From NCBI GenBank assembly GCA_051294375.1, contig CM119266.1, forward strand, positions 14,488,755 to 14,552,754: a stretch of DNA of 64,000 bases, written 5' to 3'. The DNA is from Paraspadella gotoi. Lineage: Eukaryota; Animalia; Chaetognatha. Made by a program: the position numbers and the translations under genes. Of the stretch, positions 1-22,645 are shown piece by piece. The notes under the pieces are model-generated. The model did not search any database. It saw only the letters and a list, made by a program, of their open reading frames with translations, and had not been told where the DNA came from. Positions within the stretch are counted from its first letter, which is position 1; every line of letters starts with the position of its first letter.

Positions 1-2323
1 GGTACAACCAATATTTATACTTGAAGAGAAAGTCAAAGAAAGAGACAGTTGAGAGAAGTTTCGAAAGTTTAAAAAAAATTTACGCATTTTTTTCTAAAAT
101 TAACACTTGCAAAATTCCTATTAAAGACGATTAGCAATGAGAAGATGAGCAAAATAAACTGAACTAAATAACGTTGTAAGGGGTGAAAAATTAAACAAAA
201 TTGTAACCACTGTAACCGAGTTTTTTTCTGATTTTACCGAACTAAAGCTTTCTTACCAAGAATTACAGAAATTGAAAAGTAGAAGGAAAGTTGCGAAATG
301 GAAAGAAAATTATGACAAATTGTCGACAAAGGTTCACGAGTAACCAAAAAAATAAAAAACAAGACATTAAATAATAAATATAGAAAAAATAAAAATGGGA
401 TAAAACTTAAGTGACCCGTAAAAAGCAGACAACCTTTAACACTCGAAGCCCATGACCTTGAGCGGAGTATTTGTTCCTGATTGTCATCCAATCGAATTTC
501 CGAGGTCGAAGGATTCGAGCTATTGATGTTTTGGCAGCCGAGCAGACAATCCCTTCACGCTAACTTGAGCAGAGGAAACAGTGAATCCTCACCGATTAAA
601 CTTAAAGATATTCATCGATGAATGGCGATTTTTGTACGCAAAAGTATAACGGAAAAACTTCGGTTTTCAAATCATTTAAAAAGTTTCGGACGAAAAAACC
701 CTCAATAAGACAATGAGAATGATAGAAATATCATAATAAAAGGGTTATCATGAAGTTGGAGATTGGCCCGAAATTGATAATCACAAAACTACCGAGGGAA
801 GAGACGGCAAAGAGAGAGAGAGAGAGAGAGACGAAGGTCTGACGGAAGCCGGACGATTGTCCACGTGACCATAGTATGCGGAAGTCGACCCACCATGAAA
901 AATGCAGGTCGAAACTATAATCGCGAATTTGTACAATTTGAAAGGGAGAAAAGGGATCGCCCTCGTGAAAACATCCGTTAAAACAAAATCGTGACAATAA
1001 ATAATCCACCACCTTCGTTTTCATAAGCGGCTTTCCAAAACCACTAAGACATTTGGTAAAAATTAAAAAAATGTTTTTTCTAAGAAAAAGAGGGTCGCTT
1101 TTCCTTCCCTGATCGATAATCACTACAAGAGTGATGTGAAAAAATACGTAAATTATAGTAAATTAAAATTTAGCAAATATGACATGAAAATAAAAACGCA
1201 ACAAAAGTTCATAATAAAGTATCATTTTTCATACTTTTTAAAATTTCAGTTATTAAATTTTAATTATCTAATAATCAAGTCTTTAAACTATAGTACTTTA
1301 GAGTTATGAATGTCGGCTCTCAATGATCGATATATGTCATTCTGTTTTCTTGCTACTTCCTAAGTCGTTGGGTTTTTGTTAATGTTAGGACTCATTTTTG
1401 GTCTCTTCTATCCTTCTTCAATTTCTCACATTAAGAGAAACTAACAAGAAGAAAAAGAAAAAAAAACAATTCGAAAAACGATAATAAAACCGAGAATCGT
1501 TGGGGAAAAGACGTCGGATTGTTTGGGAGGAGACAAAGACCAGACGTGAATGTAGAATTTTTGGCGCCCCCCCATCATCTTTTTGTTCGCGGTTTTCTCG
1601 AGAGTCAAGGCAGAAAAAAAACAAGATTGGCGAGTGGCGATTATCATGTATCGACGGGGGAAAACATTGAAAGAATTCGAAAGGGTTGAAGAAGAGGCTT
1701 GTGGAGGGAATAAACCAGGGATGTGCGTCGTACGTAGAAATATTTCCTAATTTGAACAGCAATTTCATCAAAATACCAAAAATTTGTTGACAAAAATTAA
1801 TCAGGCGATTAATTCCTTCCTTTATTTTTCTTTCAAGCTCTAGTTTTTCGAGAATACCCTTTGTTGTTTTGGTTGGAAGCAAAAATTCCGTCGAAGCGAA
1901 AGACGGAGGAGAGTCAGAGAATAGAATAGAAATCGAATTGAAAAATCTTTAATACCGGCTGGGAAGAAAAATATTTTATTCATAGAAAGCGAATTCGAAC
2001 CTTTGGTCGATGATTTAGCAAACAATGCAAAAAGATTCGCATGATTCACTCGGATTCAGTGGTCCAGGAGACTCAAAAAAAAAAAAAAATTTTTACCGAA
2101 AACTTTTAAATAATGGGCGGATTGTGTGGAAGGGAAAAAATGAACTCGTATGTTTTCTGATAAGTTTCTGAAACAGGTTTCGAGAACGAATATTAAACCG
2201 AAAGTACAAAGGAAGAAGGACGCCTCGGAAGAGAAAGCTGTCGAACTCTTCAATATATTTAAGGGGACGTAGACAAGACTTTACTTCATCGGAACGAGAA
2301 TTTTCAAGGATTTCTAGAAAGGA

Positions 2324-2360
<37 letters not shown>

Positions 2361-3497
2361 TTCCAGGTTTAGGAAGCGAAATTCCTAAGGTTGACATTTA
2401 AAAAAGCGAGAGCATATAAAAATCTCGGAGGACATTCACTAAATGACGATCGTTCGAATTTATCCGAGCACCAATCCGTTCAATACAGTCTATTTTCTCC
2501 AATGTTTGAGTTTCTTTCCCTAATCCGTTTGTCTTCGACCAACTTAATCTTTCTTTTGTGGCAGATTGATGAGATATACTAAGTTACTTATAATAATATG
2601 ATCCAGATCCAAATATTCAAAGTATTTTTGCTGCAGAGTATTTTTGTAACAACGGTTTAAAAAGGAGACATTTTACTAAAAATAAAACCAAATCGAGCCA
2701 AGGGTAAAAAATCAGGAGCAAGGGTAGGCCCGAATACCGATACCCCAGAAGGCCTAAATGTTTACACTGAAAACAAAACACACATTCGACGCTATTGGAA
2801 GAGCGGAGTCCAAACAATACTGATTGCTCGAAGGAATGGTTTACTTTATTATAATATATCTATCATCTATTCAAATTTGTTGGAAGCAACACAGTATTGG
2901 TTCTTCCCTCCTGCATAGTGCCACAAAGTGAAACTAATCACGACGATGATCGTTTAAAGTGATGAAATAAATATTTTTAAAATCGAAGCACGACCACACG
3001 ACGGCTGCTTCGTCCGCTGCAGCCGCTGCTCGAGTGGGTGAGGCGAAAGTTTTCTTCCTTTTACTTCTGTTCTCTGTTGACCCAGGAAACGGGCAAAAAG
3101 ACACATAAAAAAGGCAGGAAGCTTTGGTGAAAAGTACGTAGATCTTTCTCCAAATCGGAAAGTGAAATCGAATTCATTAGTATTAAAGTTTTTTTCAAGA
3201 TCAGCCCTGTAGTGTAGATAAATATACGAAAAATCTTATAATTTTTTATCGAAAAAAGAAATTTAGAAGAAATTTTTTGTGAAAGGTAAGAAAAACGATT
3301 CAAAATAATAAATCGATGAGAATAACTAACAACATGTTGGTAGTCTCGATGGTTTTTTATTAACTATTGAGAACATTTTGCACATATAACAAAAACCACG
3401 GGCTACGAGCACGATTATGAAACCAAAAAAAGCAATTCCCAGTCAATAAGTTTAAGTAGGTACCTCTGTATCATAAAAATTAAACCAACCAAAAAAA

Positions 3498-11762
<8,265 letters not shown>

Positions 11763-12807
11763 GATCTAAATCCAAGACGGAAAAGGTACTGAAAGTTTTC
11801 ACTAATCGTCTCGATTTGCAGAAAATTAAAAACCAACGAGCATACCGATCGAGGAAGTAATTTGTGCCTAATTTATGAGGTTATGATGTTCTAATAGTCT
11901 GGAATGTAAAGTTCGTCATAACGAGCAGCCATGACAGATCCACCGATCATTCGATACCGAATTTGTCGTTAACTGGAAGTATTTCAAAATATGACAACTA
12001 AAACGATACTCATGATAGAAAGACAACAATCGTGAAAACTACGTCAGCTTTAAAAGATCTTACGTCAACGTAAGATTGAATCGATCTGTTGCTTTGAGGA
12101 CGAGAACCAAGGAAGCAATAAATAAACACGAGGTAAACAAACTGGCGAAAATAAAAGAACTCGAAACAAATAAGCGCAATTAAAGTCCCAAATAACTAAT
12201 CAGAGGGTGTAGGTGTAATGGTTTAAAAAAAATAATTACCAAGAATCATAGACCGAAACGAGACTGATTGTAGGAATATGAGTGTAAATTGTAAAAGTTA
12301 CCAAGTTACATAGCAACATATAACATAATTGCCCCAAAAAGGCTTTCCAGAGTTACTACAAAGTACATATATATATTATTTTATAAATATAGTTTAAACT
12401 GCAAATTCGAGACAAAAAACAAAAGGGGATAAAAACATCGCGGGATACTCTTAAGGGTATCTTCGTGTCTGAGATGAGAATATAGAATCAGTTGTGAAAA
12501 AATAAAGTCGACAGATGTTTTTAAGATGATCAGGAAGGAGTTCAACGACGATGGCACAAACCTAATTTATACTGCTACTCATGTTTTTTTTAAAAATGTG
12601 AGATCAAGTAAAGAGCGCCAAATGCACCAAAAGATGCTTTCACCTGAGTATATTTATACATAACTGTCAACTGAATACAAATTTGGACCTCACATTAAAT
12701 TTAGCTAACGTTTCCTTAAATAGCCAAATAGATATGCGGGAGATCTTTTGACATCGTTGAATCACAAAAGACTTGGGGGGGGGGGGAGAGTTATGATCTA
12801 AACATTT

Positions 12808-15800
12808 TCATAGCGTCGGTGGAGGCATTCCGACTGAGGGGTGAGCAAACCTTATGTGCTCGTTCAACCTATCCTTTCGAGTGAACTTTTTATCACAATG
12901 TTCGCACTGATACTGAATTTTGAGATGGACCCCTTGAACATGCCGGTTCAGATGCGCCTTGTTTGAGAATTGAAAGCCGCACTCGGGGCATGGCCAACGG
13001 ACCTGAAAGCGTGAAAAAATTGATAAATAAAATTGAGAATACGGGTTGCATGGCAGGCTCGAACTATCTTTAAAGTAAAAAGACCTTGAAATGAACGCTT
13101 TTCTTATGCACGGCGAGCGTAGCGCGAGTGGCAAAGGATTTTCCGCAAACGTCGCAATCCGTCTTTCCGTCTTCGTCGTTAGCGGCGTTGGCAACGACGT
13201 CGGCGTGATCGGCGGCGATGTGCTTCCGTCTCGTCTGCCTCGACTCGAACGTCCGATCGCAATGAACGCAAACGAAGACGGCGACGCCGCTGTCGTCGAG
13301 TCGACAGGGACCGTCGCTGTTCCCACCGGGGTCCTCTTCGTGAACATCGTCCGCAATATCGTCGTCCTTTCCCCCGGAAATGACGCCGCCGAGATCGATA
13401 ATCAAACCCGCGCCGTTCCCCTCCTCGTCATCGTCGCTGTCCGAGAAGGTGGGCAAGTAGAATCCCGCCTTGCCGGCCGCAGGTTTTTCCGATTTTCTTA
13501 CGGGCTTCGGTTCGCCTTCTTTGTCCGTCTCGTTGTCCTTCGCCTGCATAATTGAATCGTTTTTATCGATTTTCCCTTTTTCTTTCTTTTCGGTTTTCAC
13601 CCTGGGCGTCTTTCGAGGCTTTTTTTTCGTCGGCGGCGAGGGTTTGTTCTCATCCTCGTCGGCGTCACCAGTTCCGTCGCTGGTAGGCTTTTTCGGGCCG
13701 TCCCTCTTTGGATTTTCCCTTTTGGCGCATTCCTTCCGGGCACTTTCTTTTTTAGAACTTTCTTTCCTAGAGCTTTCCTCTTTCTTTCCTTCGTTCTTTA
13801 CTAGCTTGTGCTTCGAGTTTTTTTCTCCTTTCTCCTTTTCCTTTCGTGGACTAATGGATTTATCCTTTCTGTCCTTGTCATCCTTGATTTCGGCAATGTC
13901 GAGATCTTTCTTTTCGGGAGACGACGAAGACGACGGCTTTTTCGGCGATTTAACATCGTCGCGATTTTTCGCCGAGGAGTTGACGGAAGGGAGAGAAATT
14001 TTTAGTTTGGGAACGACGGGAGCATCACCTGTGGCGTAGAGAAACATCAAAATGTTTAACTAAGAGAAAAACAAATCTTTCGGTGAGATAATAAGAAAAG
14101 GAGTGTCATGTTGCAAAACGAGAAAACTATTTTTACAAACCGCATCCGTTGGAGTCGGTGGTGACAATCTGAGACACATAGGAGGTGGCGGGAGACGACG
14201 ACGACGAGGAAGAAGACCTCGGGCGACCACGCGGAGACGAGGATCCGCTCCCGGATTTGTGGTGCTTGTGATGTTTGTGGTGGTGGTGATGATGGTGATG
14301 ATGACGAGGCTTCGTTTCCCCGACATCCGAGGGCGACAAGACATTTGAGGCCGGAGTTTGAGATTTGGACTCGCGGGCAGGTTCAGAATCTGGTTTTCAT
14401 GAATTTAAATTCAATTTCATAACTAATTGATGACGTCTTGAACAAAACCAGACCAGGATTTACGCGCTCACCCTGGCACTGTCCTTCCATGGAGATAGGG
14501 CACCAATTCGGCAGCTCGTCCTCTGTGGCTGTCTCCAACATATTGATAAGGTCGCTCATGTCGCGGCCTTGACCTTTCGAAGTCTCGGCAGGGGCGTCAA
14601 CGCCGGTGCCCTCCGCCGTAGATTTTCGAGGAAAATCCGACTTTCGCTTTCGTTTCTTGCCACTGCTAGGGCGAACGCCTTCATTCACGGCATCTCTGAA
14701 TAATAAGTATGAAATGATTTTTGAGTTACGGTCGTCGCATTTAATAATTGATTCCTCTGACCCGAGGGAAGATCCGAAGGTTTCAGTGGCCATTGACGAT
14801 TGAGTTTCGCTCGGCGTGTGCTGATGGAAGTTCGTCTCGTTGGTCCCCACTGATTTTCGAATTTCGTCTAAAAATAACAATACCATTTTGTCAACGACAG
14901 GGCAATTTTTTAAAAAAATATTTTAATCACAAATTTATCTGCCTCTCCACCCTTTGGGAAAAACCTTGAAGATTCGATTCGCGTCCGGAGTTTTCCATGA
15001 TAATGTATTCGCCTGCGAGAGACCCGTCAGTCTGCGAAAAACCGCTGTCCTTTGGGGGATCTGAGAAGGCACCGTCCCTATTCATGGGAAAAAAAATGAT
15101 AACAAGACTTGAACGAGATCGACGCCTCGCAAAAGTGATTCTCACCCTCTGCTCTGTCCAAAAAAGTCCATAGAATCATGCTGAGTTGGTACCGAGGGTT
15201 CCTCGGAGGTGGGTATCGCTTCGCTCAAATTCATCTCAGACCCTGGAGCTTAAAAGGAGAAAGAAGCGATGGAACACGCGTCGCCGGTAAAATAATTTTA
15301 GGATATTTTCGAACCAGCGACTTGGAGATCCTGGGGTTGATTGTCGGTCGTATTGGGGGCATTGACTCTCATGTCTTGCGGAAGCGAAGGGTTAAACTGG
15401 GTCTCGTCTTCGCTGCCTCGAGAGTCGGCCACGCGCACGTCCTGCACGCGCATGTCTTGAGCGCAGAGATCCTGAGTGGCGAAATTTGGCTGCTGCTGCT
15501 GCTGCTGCAGCTGAAGGGCCTGTTCGCGTGAATCCGTCGATTCGGGTTTGAAGTAAGAGTTAAAAGGGTCTTGACTAGAGCTCTGAGAGGGAGGAAATGT
15601 GACAAGGTGATTTTTATATTCAGTTTCGTAGCGAATATGACTGGTTTAAAAAACGACTAACTTTTTCCGACTTATCCAGCTTGGAGGACAGTTGCTTCTC
15701 CAAAATGGAGACTCGTTCTTGAATGTCGAGCATCGATACATGAAATTCGTGCATCTCTTTCTGCATTTGACTTAGGGTCTGGAAAACGGCTGCCATCGAC

Positions 15801-16313
15801 GGAATATCGCCGTTGACGCTCTCAGCGCTCTGCAAATGGGAACGTTTCACGAATAAAAACGAACTTTCCCTCAATTAACTCTCTTACTCTGTGAATATTT
15901 CCCTCTACTACCTGAAGTTCTGGAATCAACGAAGGATGTTGATGATGATGATGATGATGGGAATCCGAGATCATGTTTGACGAATGGTAAGAGGAATGGT
16001 AAGCGGAGGAATACGGAGGTAAGTACGACGACGACGCTGCTGCGGCTGGGTGCGGATGATGAGAGCCCGGGCCCGCACCCAAATACGATGACGATGACCC
16101 CGGCGACGATCCCACCGAGTGATGGTGATAGGCTCCGGGAGATGGGAGGTAGGACGACGATGACGAGGACATCATCGAGGCCGACCAGTCGTGCAGCGCG
16201 GATCCCAGCAGACCGGCTCCGGTTAATCCCGCGCTGGCGGCGCCGAAACCGCGCATATCGCTCATAAGAGCGGCGCTCCCGCCGCCGCTCTCGCGTTTTC
16301 GGCGTTTTTCCAT
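12808..16313 (-). CDS. C2H2 zinc-finger protein (4 C-terminal fingers; His/Ser-rich, coiled-coil and Lys/Glu-rich N-terminal regions), multi-exon
   Basis: Fingers CVHC..HIAADH, CDVC..HKKSVH, CPEC..HVQGVH and CEHC..HIRFAH. A heptad segment AVFQTLSQMQKEMHEFHVSMLDIQERVSILEKQL is present. Exons can be chained in frame, although two internal junctions are ambiguous. Confidence 0.8.
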
Positions 16314-16772
16314 ACGAAAAAAATATTAATTGAGGGAGGTTGTTTTTTTCCCAAAAATTTTGTTACATTATTTAGTAAACAATCGCAAATAGTTGGATTC
16401 TTTAAAACTTCATAATCACTTTCAATGGGGTATAGAGTAATACTGTTTGGACTTAGTTTTCAGCATAATTAGGAAAAGACGAAATCGAAGCAAGACTAGA
16501 AGTGAAGTCTGGATAAAGTTATTTGGGGAACTTTAGCCCCAAGTCAAGCTAGGCCATCTGTACGAGTACAGGCTGTAATGTGAGTAAAAATAAGATTTTA
16601 AATAACAGAAATTAATCAACAATAACTACAATAATTATATTGTCAACAAAGAAATTCGATGCACCAATAAATCGACAATCATAAAAGGGACGACGGCTGG
16701 CAGTATAACCAGTATAAACCAGTACCCCAAAAGACAATATACCGAGGTAAATTGTTATTCTATTATTGAGCG

Positions 16773-19700
16773 TCAAATATGAAGTGCGGTTCCGGGAAAA
16801 GGTTCGGCGGTGTCGTCGTCACTGTCTGAAACGAGTTGCTGACGGTCGGAATTGATCGGGGCAAAGTTGCTCCCTTCGTTGTGATCATTACGAAGTGTAG
16901 AGTTAACGGTACCTGAAAGGGAAGAGCAGTTAACCGTTGAATGAAACCTGATACCTTAAATCACTTTCATTGTATTAAAAACGATTATTTATAGGTCACT
17001 ATGACTCAAAAAAAAGGACAGAATACTGATACACTAAGTACGTGACTTGTAGTTGTAAATCACATCACGCTCTCTCTATCACGTTCAAGCGCGTTTCAAA
17101 AAGGCAATGAGAACCAACGAGACCGCGAACCAGAGACGATGATTCATGGGAAACACAACCAGCAATACTTGCAGAAGCAGAACGCCACAGTTTTAACTCG
17201 TTCGCCTTCTTTCCTCAGCATCCTCCTCCTTGATGGAGGCGGAAACAAAAAGGCCTTCCGCCAGTTTAATCCGACTCACCGCTTGGTTTGGCACGGCGCC
17301 TCCTTAGTTTTCGCTTCCCGCAAGCGCAACGGAAACAAGAGAGCAACGAGGGATTTTCCGAGAAAAATCGGCGCCATTCGTTGGCAGTTTTGGGAAAGGC
17401 AGTGATGGGTGGGTTGGTTGGAGGCGCAGACATCGACGAAAGGGAGCTGGTCGACGGCGTCCGAGGACGCTGCTTGTTTCGAGACCGACAACGGAGAGAA
17501 AAAGTGGATTCCTACGAAAAAAATTGTTTCGAAACCTTCCAAATTCAAATTCCTATTTTAAATTCGTTAGCAAGGTACCCAATTAAAATTATAACTATCT
17601 TAGTTTTTAAAGCAACTAAGTTTTAAAGATGGTTATAAATTACCTTTCTATAAGAGCCACCTTCAGGTTCGTCCAAACACTCGTCAATGAACTCAAATAA
17701 ATCACTTTTCGGAAAGCCGTGCTGATAGTAATATTTGACGAGGGAATACGAATCCAAGATCACCGCAGTAAATAGCGAAATATTTACGTAGATAAAAAGT
17801 GATATAAACGCATATAGGTACAGTTGCGAGAAATACCTACAGTAAGAATTTAATTTCAATGTAATCATTTATAAGTGCATCATCTTAAAAACGTTAATTA
17901 GATCAGAATTGAATTAATTTTGAAAAATTCTAGTAACGATGTTACTAATACTAACATTCCAAAAGCGAGGAAAGCGATTCGGTGTCATATTTACCAGATA
18001 AGATTGGATTCATCCGAAGAGGCGGTGAACGTGACATACATATCGTCACCGTTGATCAGCGCGAAAAGGCACATCATCGTTGACCAAAACGAGCGAAACT
18101 TTAGATTGTAGGGACCAAGTACCGTCCACCTAAAGAGCGATTCAAAAAATTAAGTAAACGAAATTGAATCGGTAAAACAATTACTATACCTTACCCACAA
18201 AATACGAATCCGAAAAAAAGGACGACGGAACAGACGAGAAAACGAAGGATGTCCGGCATCGCGTGCTTAAGCGTCACGATTAAAATGTTGTATCTGGAGA
18301 AGAAACTGAGGTATCGGAGGACACCGACCCAAACTAGCAGGTTTGATATCCCGAGAGTCAACCCCGTCAGGTTCCAATTAATGTAGGCCTTAGAATTGAG
18401 AGAGAGAAGACAGTATAACTATTACAATCAAAAAGATTCAAGTTTCTAATGCGCTTACTTTAATTTCAATGGAAATTTTAAATATGGAACCGATGATGGT
18501 GAGGACGTCGTTTAAAATGATTGTCAGATACCAAACGTTGATGAATTCCCACTTTTCTGACTTAGATAATACAGCCCCTTTCAGTAGCAGGAAAAACTCT
18601 TCCGTTTTTCTCCGAAGCCTAAAAATTTTGAATAGTTACACTGAGAAAAAAAAAAACCATTCCTCCTCTATAAACTTACAAAATTGCTCGGTGGACGGAA
18701 CGCAAGCAAAGTACCAGCGACAAGACGCTGGCGCTGACGCAGATGACGTCGAAGGCAATGATGATGCATCGTATCATGTCATCTTGATGGTACGCAGTCG
18801 CAGTTTTTCCTTACATAGGATTAGACAATAGTCACAAATGTAAAAAAATTATGCAATGAAAAAACGCTCAACCACACCATTGCAGTGCGACTCCCAGTGA
18901 TCTTCGATCGTCAAAGTAACAGGAATTTCCCCGCTGTGCTTGGAATTATCAAATAGAATGTTCACGTCGAACAAGTAACAAGTAGGATCGTCCAGAGGAA
19001 CTAGGCTTAGCAAATGAACCGTTTTCACCTTGCAATGACAAAAAAGATTTTTAAAAGAAATTTGAAAACACTTAACTAAACTGCGATTCGATGGAGTTAA
19101 AACTAAATCGGTACCTGTAATTGTAGAGTAGCGTTAATGAGCGTCTTGAAATCCACAGATGCGTTAACTTTGTTCAATTGGCTGATAATGGAAAAGTTCT
19201 CACTTTTCTCAAGCTCGAGGCAATCCTCCCGTCGACGTTGCGGAAATCTAAGGGCGATAGAATAAGACCACAAAGAACGTATAAATAAGTCTAAATAGCA
19301 ATTAACCCAAAATTAAGCTCACTGGTATGAGTTCTTGGAAGGGTCGACCGATGCATTAGGATAGAAGGTTATACAGAACCTCGGCAGGGAGATGTTCGAT
19401 TGTTCTGATTCGTTCAACAGTTGATATCCGTTCCTATCAATTTAAAATAAAACTTAACTGGGAAACACTTATCCGGAATAAAACCTACTACTTACTGGAT
19501 AGGTCCCGTGTGTTCCCGCACAGCGTAGACTCCTACGGCATGACGAGAAGTGTTATAATAGTTGATGACTGCGAAATCAATTTTAGAGAAGAAATCGTCT
19601 TTGTCGTAAACCGCGTATGGACCCCGAGGGGGAGGGTAAGGCATCCCCTCCAGAGCTGGGTCCCAGTCCTGGTAAAAAGTAGAGTTTACTACATCAGGGA

Positions 19701-21376
19701 GTGAGTTTAGAACCTTTCAAACAAAAAAATAGCATACCTGAAGATACAAATTCTGAAAGGTAACCTTGTTGTTGCTCGTAAAAACAATGAATGCGGACCT
19801 CTATCGAAATAAGAAAGAACGATTAGGACATATCTAACAACAACGCTAATTTGTGTCGGAACCTGGCAACCGAAGATGTAAAGCTGAATGGTAACGAAGA
19901 CTATCTTAAGAAGTTGCAGGCACAATTTCCATGGAAACCGACGTTTAGCTTTCCACTTTTGAATCGGGTCCATGAAAAAGAATTTGAGCACGCGACGCAT
20001 CTCTTCCAGCTCTCGCTGAGTGAACGGCGACGCGGTCATCGGAGGCAAAGGGGGCGTGGGCGGCGAGCAAGAATTCTGGAATCGAAAAAGAAAAAAGTTA
20101 ATTTTTTGACTCAAAACGTCATTACGAAAACCGCTATACTCACCAACTCGGAATCGGTCGTATCCTCGAATTCGTCGCGACTAATTCGCTTCATTCTCCC
20201 ATTGTCCTCAGTGACATTGATCTGGATAGTCGCCGGCGACGGAGAGTCGGATCGGTCACCCTCATCCTCCACGGCCTCGTTTTCTCCAAGTCCGTCGACC
20301 CTGATGTCGGCCAACGTAGCTCCTGCGCCTTAGATCGCCAAAAAATATTTTTTAAGAATCATTATCTCATCATATTCTAGCCTAATCACCACCATCTTTC
20401 GGCCCAGCTTACCAGCAACGGCAAGTTCTTCCGGTGTAGGAGGAAACGTGGAGGGAGACGTTCGTTGAGGGGGTTTCGTGAGGTTGGTCGGCAACGATTT
20501 TCGACGACTGAGTAAAATATACATACATAGGTGAGGCGTAAAAAACTTTATTATCAAAATTTAAAAAAATTAATATAGTCACGTAGGGAAACCTGATGGA
20601 CTTCGGCCTCGCTCCGGTTCCGGCAGGATCTTGACTAGCTAAACTGGATCTATTACTACTTGCGGATTTAAGCGATCTCGAACGGTCCCGCCGATCCCTG
20701 CTTAAATCAAATCTAGCATATATATCATTGATTTGAATAAGTCCTACATACAGTAAATTAATTCACTTCGCACCTTTGAGAACTATCGACGTCATCCTGA
20801 CCAGGTACGGTCAAGAATAAATTGTGTCTCTTCGGAATTTGGCCAGCTTCGGCCATAAGGTCATTGGCGCTCAGTGAGCGCGTACCCAAGGTGGGCCAGT
20901 CATCTCCGGTTTTCGAGCGGTAACGGGATCGAGAAGAGTGGCGCCCTCTGACGGAGGCCTCGTCCAATTCGACGCCGTCGTCGCTGCTAACGTCGTCCTC
21001 CGATCGCACGCTATACTGGCTGATTTTTCTGCAAGCAAGTATCACGATAATATCTTTTAAAAACGGGATACGCATTACCGATTACGCACAATGACACCGT
21101 TGCCATACTTAAATATTACCTAATTCGTCCCCCGATGCTACGCGACGGAATGGAAAAAACGTTCGGCGGGAGAGTTCGGCCTTTGATTCCTTCAGCAATG
21201 ACAGCGTCGGGATCGAGAAAACGATTCGTAGGCAGAGGAGATCGACGACGGTTGCGTATTGGCTCGCACTGGTATCGTTAAAGGTTTCGCGCATAAAATA
21301 AACGTTTAGACGACTTCTTCGTATACATATCGTGCACATATCGTACCTGAGCGACAGGAACCCCGTATATGGACAT
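16773..21376 (-). CDS. MCOLN: Mucolipin / TRPML lysosomal cation channel with a long N-terminal extension
   Basis: [39 protein letters not shown], pore [14 protein letters not shown]6 [12 protein letters not shown]...ILDSY and Cys cluster SCFRCAC. The proposed start [10 protein letters not shown] at 21376 is less certain than the core. Confidence 0.92.
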
Positions 21377-22561
21377 TGTAAAACTTCGTCATGTAGCAAG
21401 AAACACCGTTTGGATTTCTTTTAGTTAAGCATTGTTCCTACCATCTCGTCACATTTTTTTACATATTTCGAAATAGATAATCGCCTGTTCAAAGTCAGAT
21501 AGTGCATTCTTACTCTGAAACTTGTTCCGTCCACGTAGAATGACAGATATTGTTATTTACGAGCAAAATAGTTAAGTGACACTGAACTGTGACAGTAACC
21601 TTCAATATCCCAAAAAACGTCTTCAAGAATCGGAGAGTGAGAGATTACGGGACAGACATATGTAGACGTCAGCAAATGCGATATTACTACCACAAGTGTC
21701 ACAGTCCGATAATTAGTACTTACACCAAACAAACTGGAAATATAAAGAAAGAATATTTAAAAATATAACAAGATGATGCAAAACGTACACATTTATTTGA
21801 TCTCTGAGTAAAATACAACTATCAATAAAAGTTTAAAAACATTATTAGTGAACTGTCTACCATTAATAATTAGGCTGCGGATTGACACAAATGAGAAAAT
21901 TTAGATCAACGACTGGGAACACTAAGCGGCGCATGAAAATGGAGCCAAGTATTGCAGTACAGATTTGGATAACGGATACTTTAAAAAAAAAAGTTTTTAA
22001 AAATGTAGTCCGCAATGCCTCTCGTGAGTGATCGTCTATTGGGGATCAGTAAAGAAAAAAGACTTTGAAAACTTGGTTTATTTTTATTTTTTTACGCCGC
22101 CAAGCATTAAAATTGCCATTCATAAAATACTGTCAGCTCACAAAAGGTGCAGGTGATTTTGGCAAGAATAAATTTAGCAGAGATTTTTGTCAAGAAAAAG
22201 GCAAAGGAACGACGCACGGATTTATTCCGCACTTCACGTTCAGACAGTTATGCAATCGTTTCATCTTTTATAATTATTGTTGATGCTCAGTTTTTTCCCA
22301 AGAAATCTCAAATATGAATTAATTATTATATTAAGTCGCATAGCCAAATCGAATGTGGGCGGACATACAATGCCCCTTTCTTATCCTCATGGCCCTAAAT
22401 TTTAAACGATGATACCACAACACAACCTAATTTAGGGCCCAATGCAATGGTAAATCTCTATGCCATAAAAAATATGAACTTGAGTAAGAGGGCAGTGCAA
22501 TAAAAGGAAAAGGCACCAGTGATTTGTGATTTATAATAGCAACGTTATCTTCATAAAATGT

Positions 22562-22645
22562 TTTACGAAGAATTTAATAGGTTTGTTAACAACGATTTTT
22601 TATTTTTTATTTGTTGTTAACAAACCTATTAAATTTTTTTGTAAA
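22562..22645. repeat. Intergenic long inverted repeat (hairpin)
   Basis: AATTTAATAGGTTTGTTAACAAC (22571-22593) and its perfect reverse complement (22613-22635) surround a T-rich loop. The stem extends with G-U pairs on the + strand. Confidence 0.8.

Noticed and set aside
13091-14039. Long plus-strand ORFs opposite the zinc-finger gene (similar ones lie opposite ATAD2 and UBE3C)
   Set aside because: These are antisense shadows of GC-rich low-complexity exons.
17152-17275. Cys-rich peptide (…[14 protein letters not shown]) after a TGA in the last mucolipin intron, suggesting an alternative tail or readthrough
   Set aside because: There is no phase-compatible acceptor, and it is out of frame with the spliced channel.
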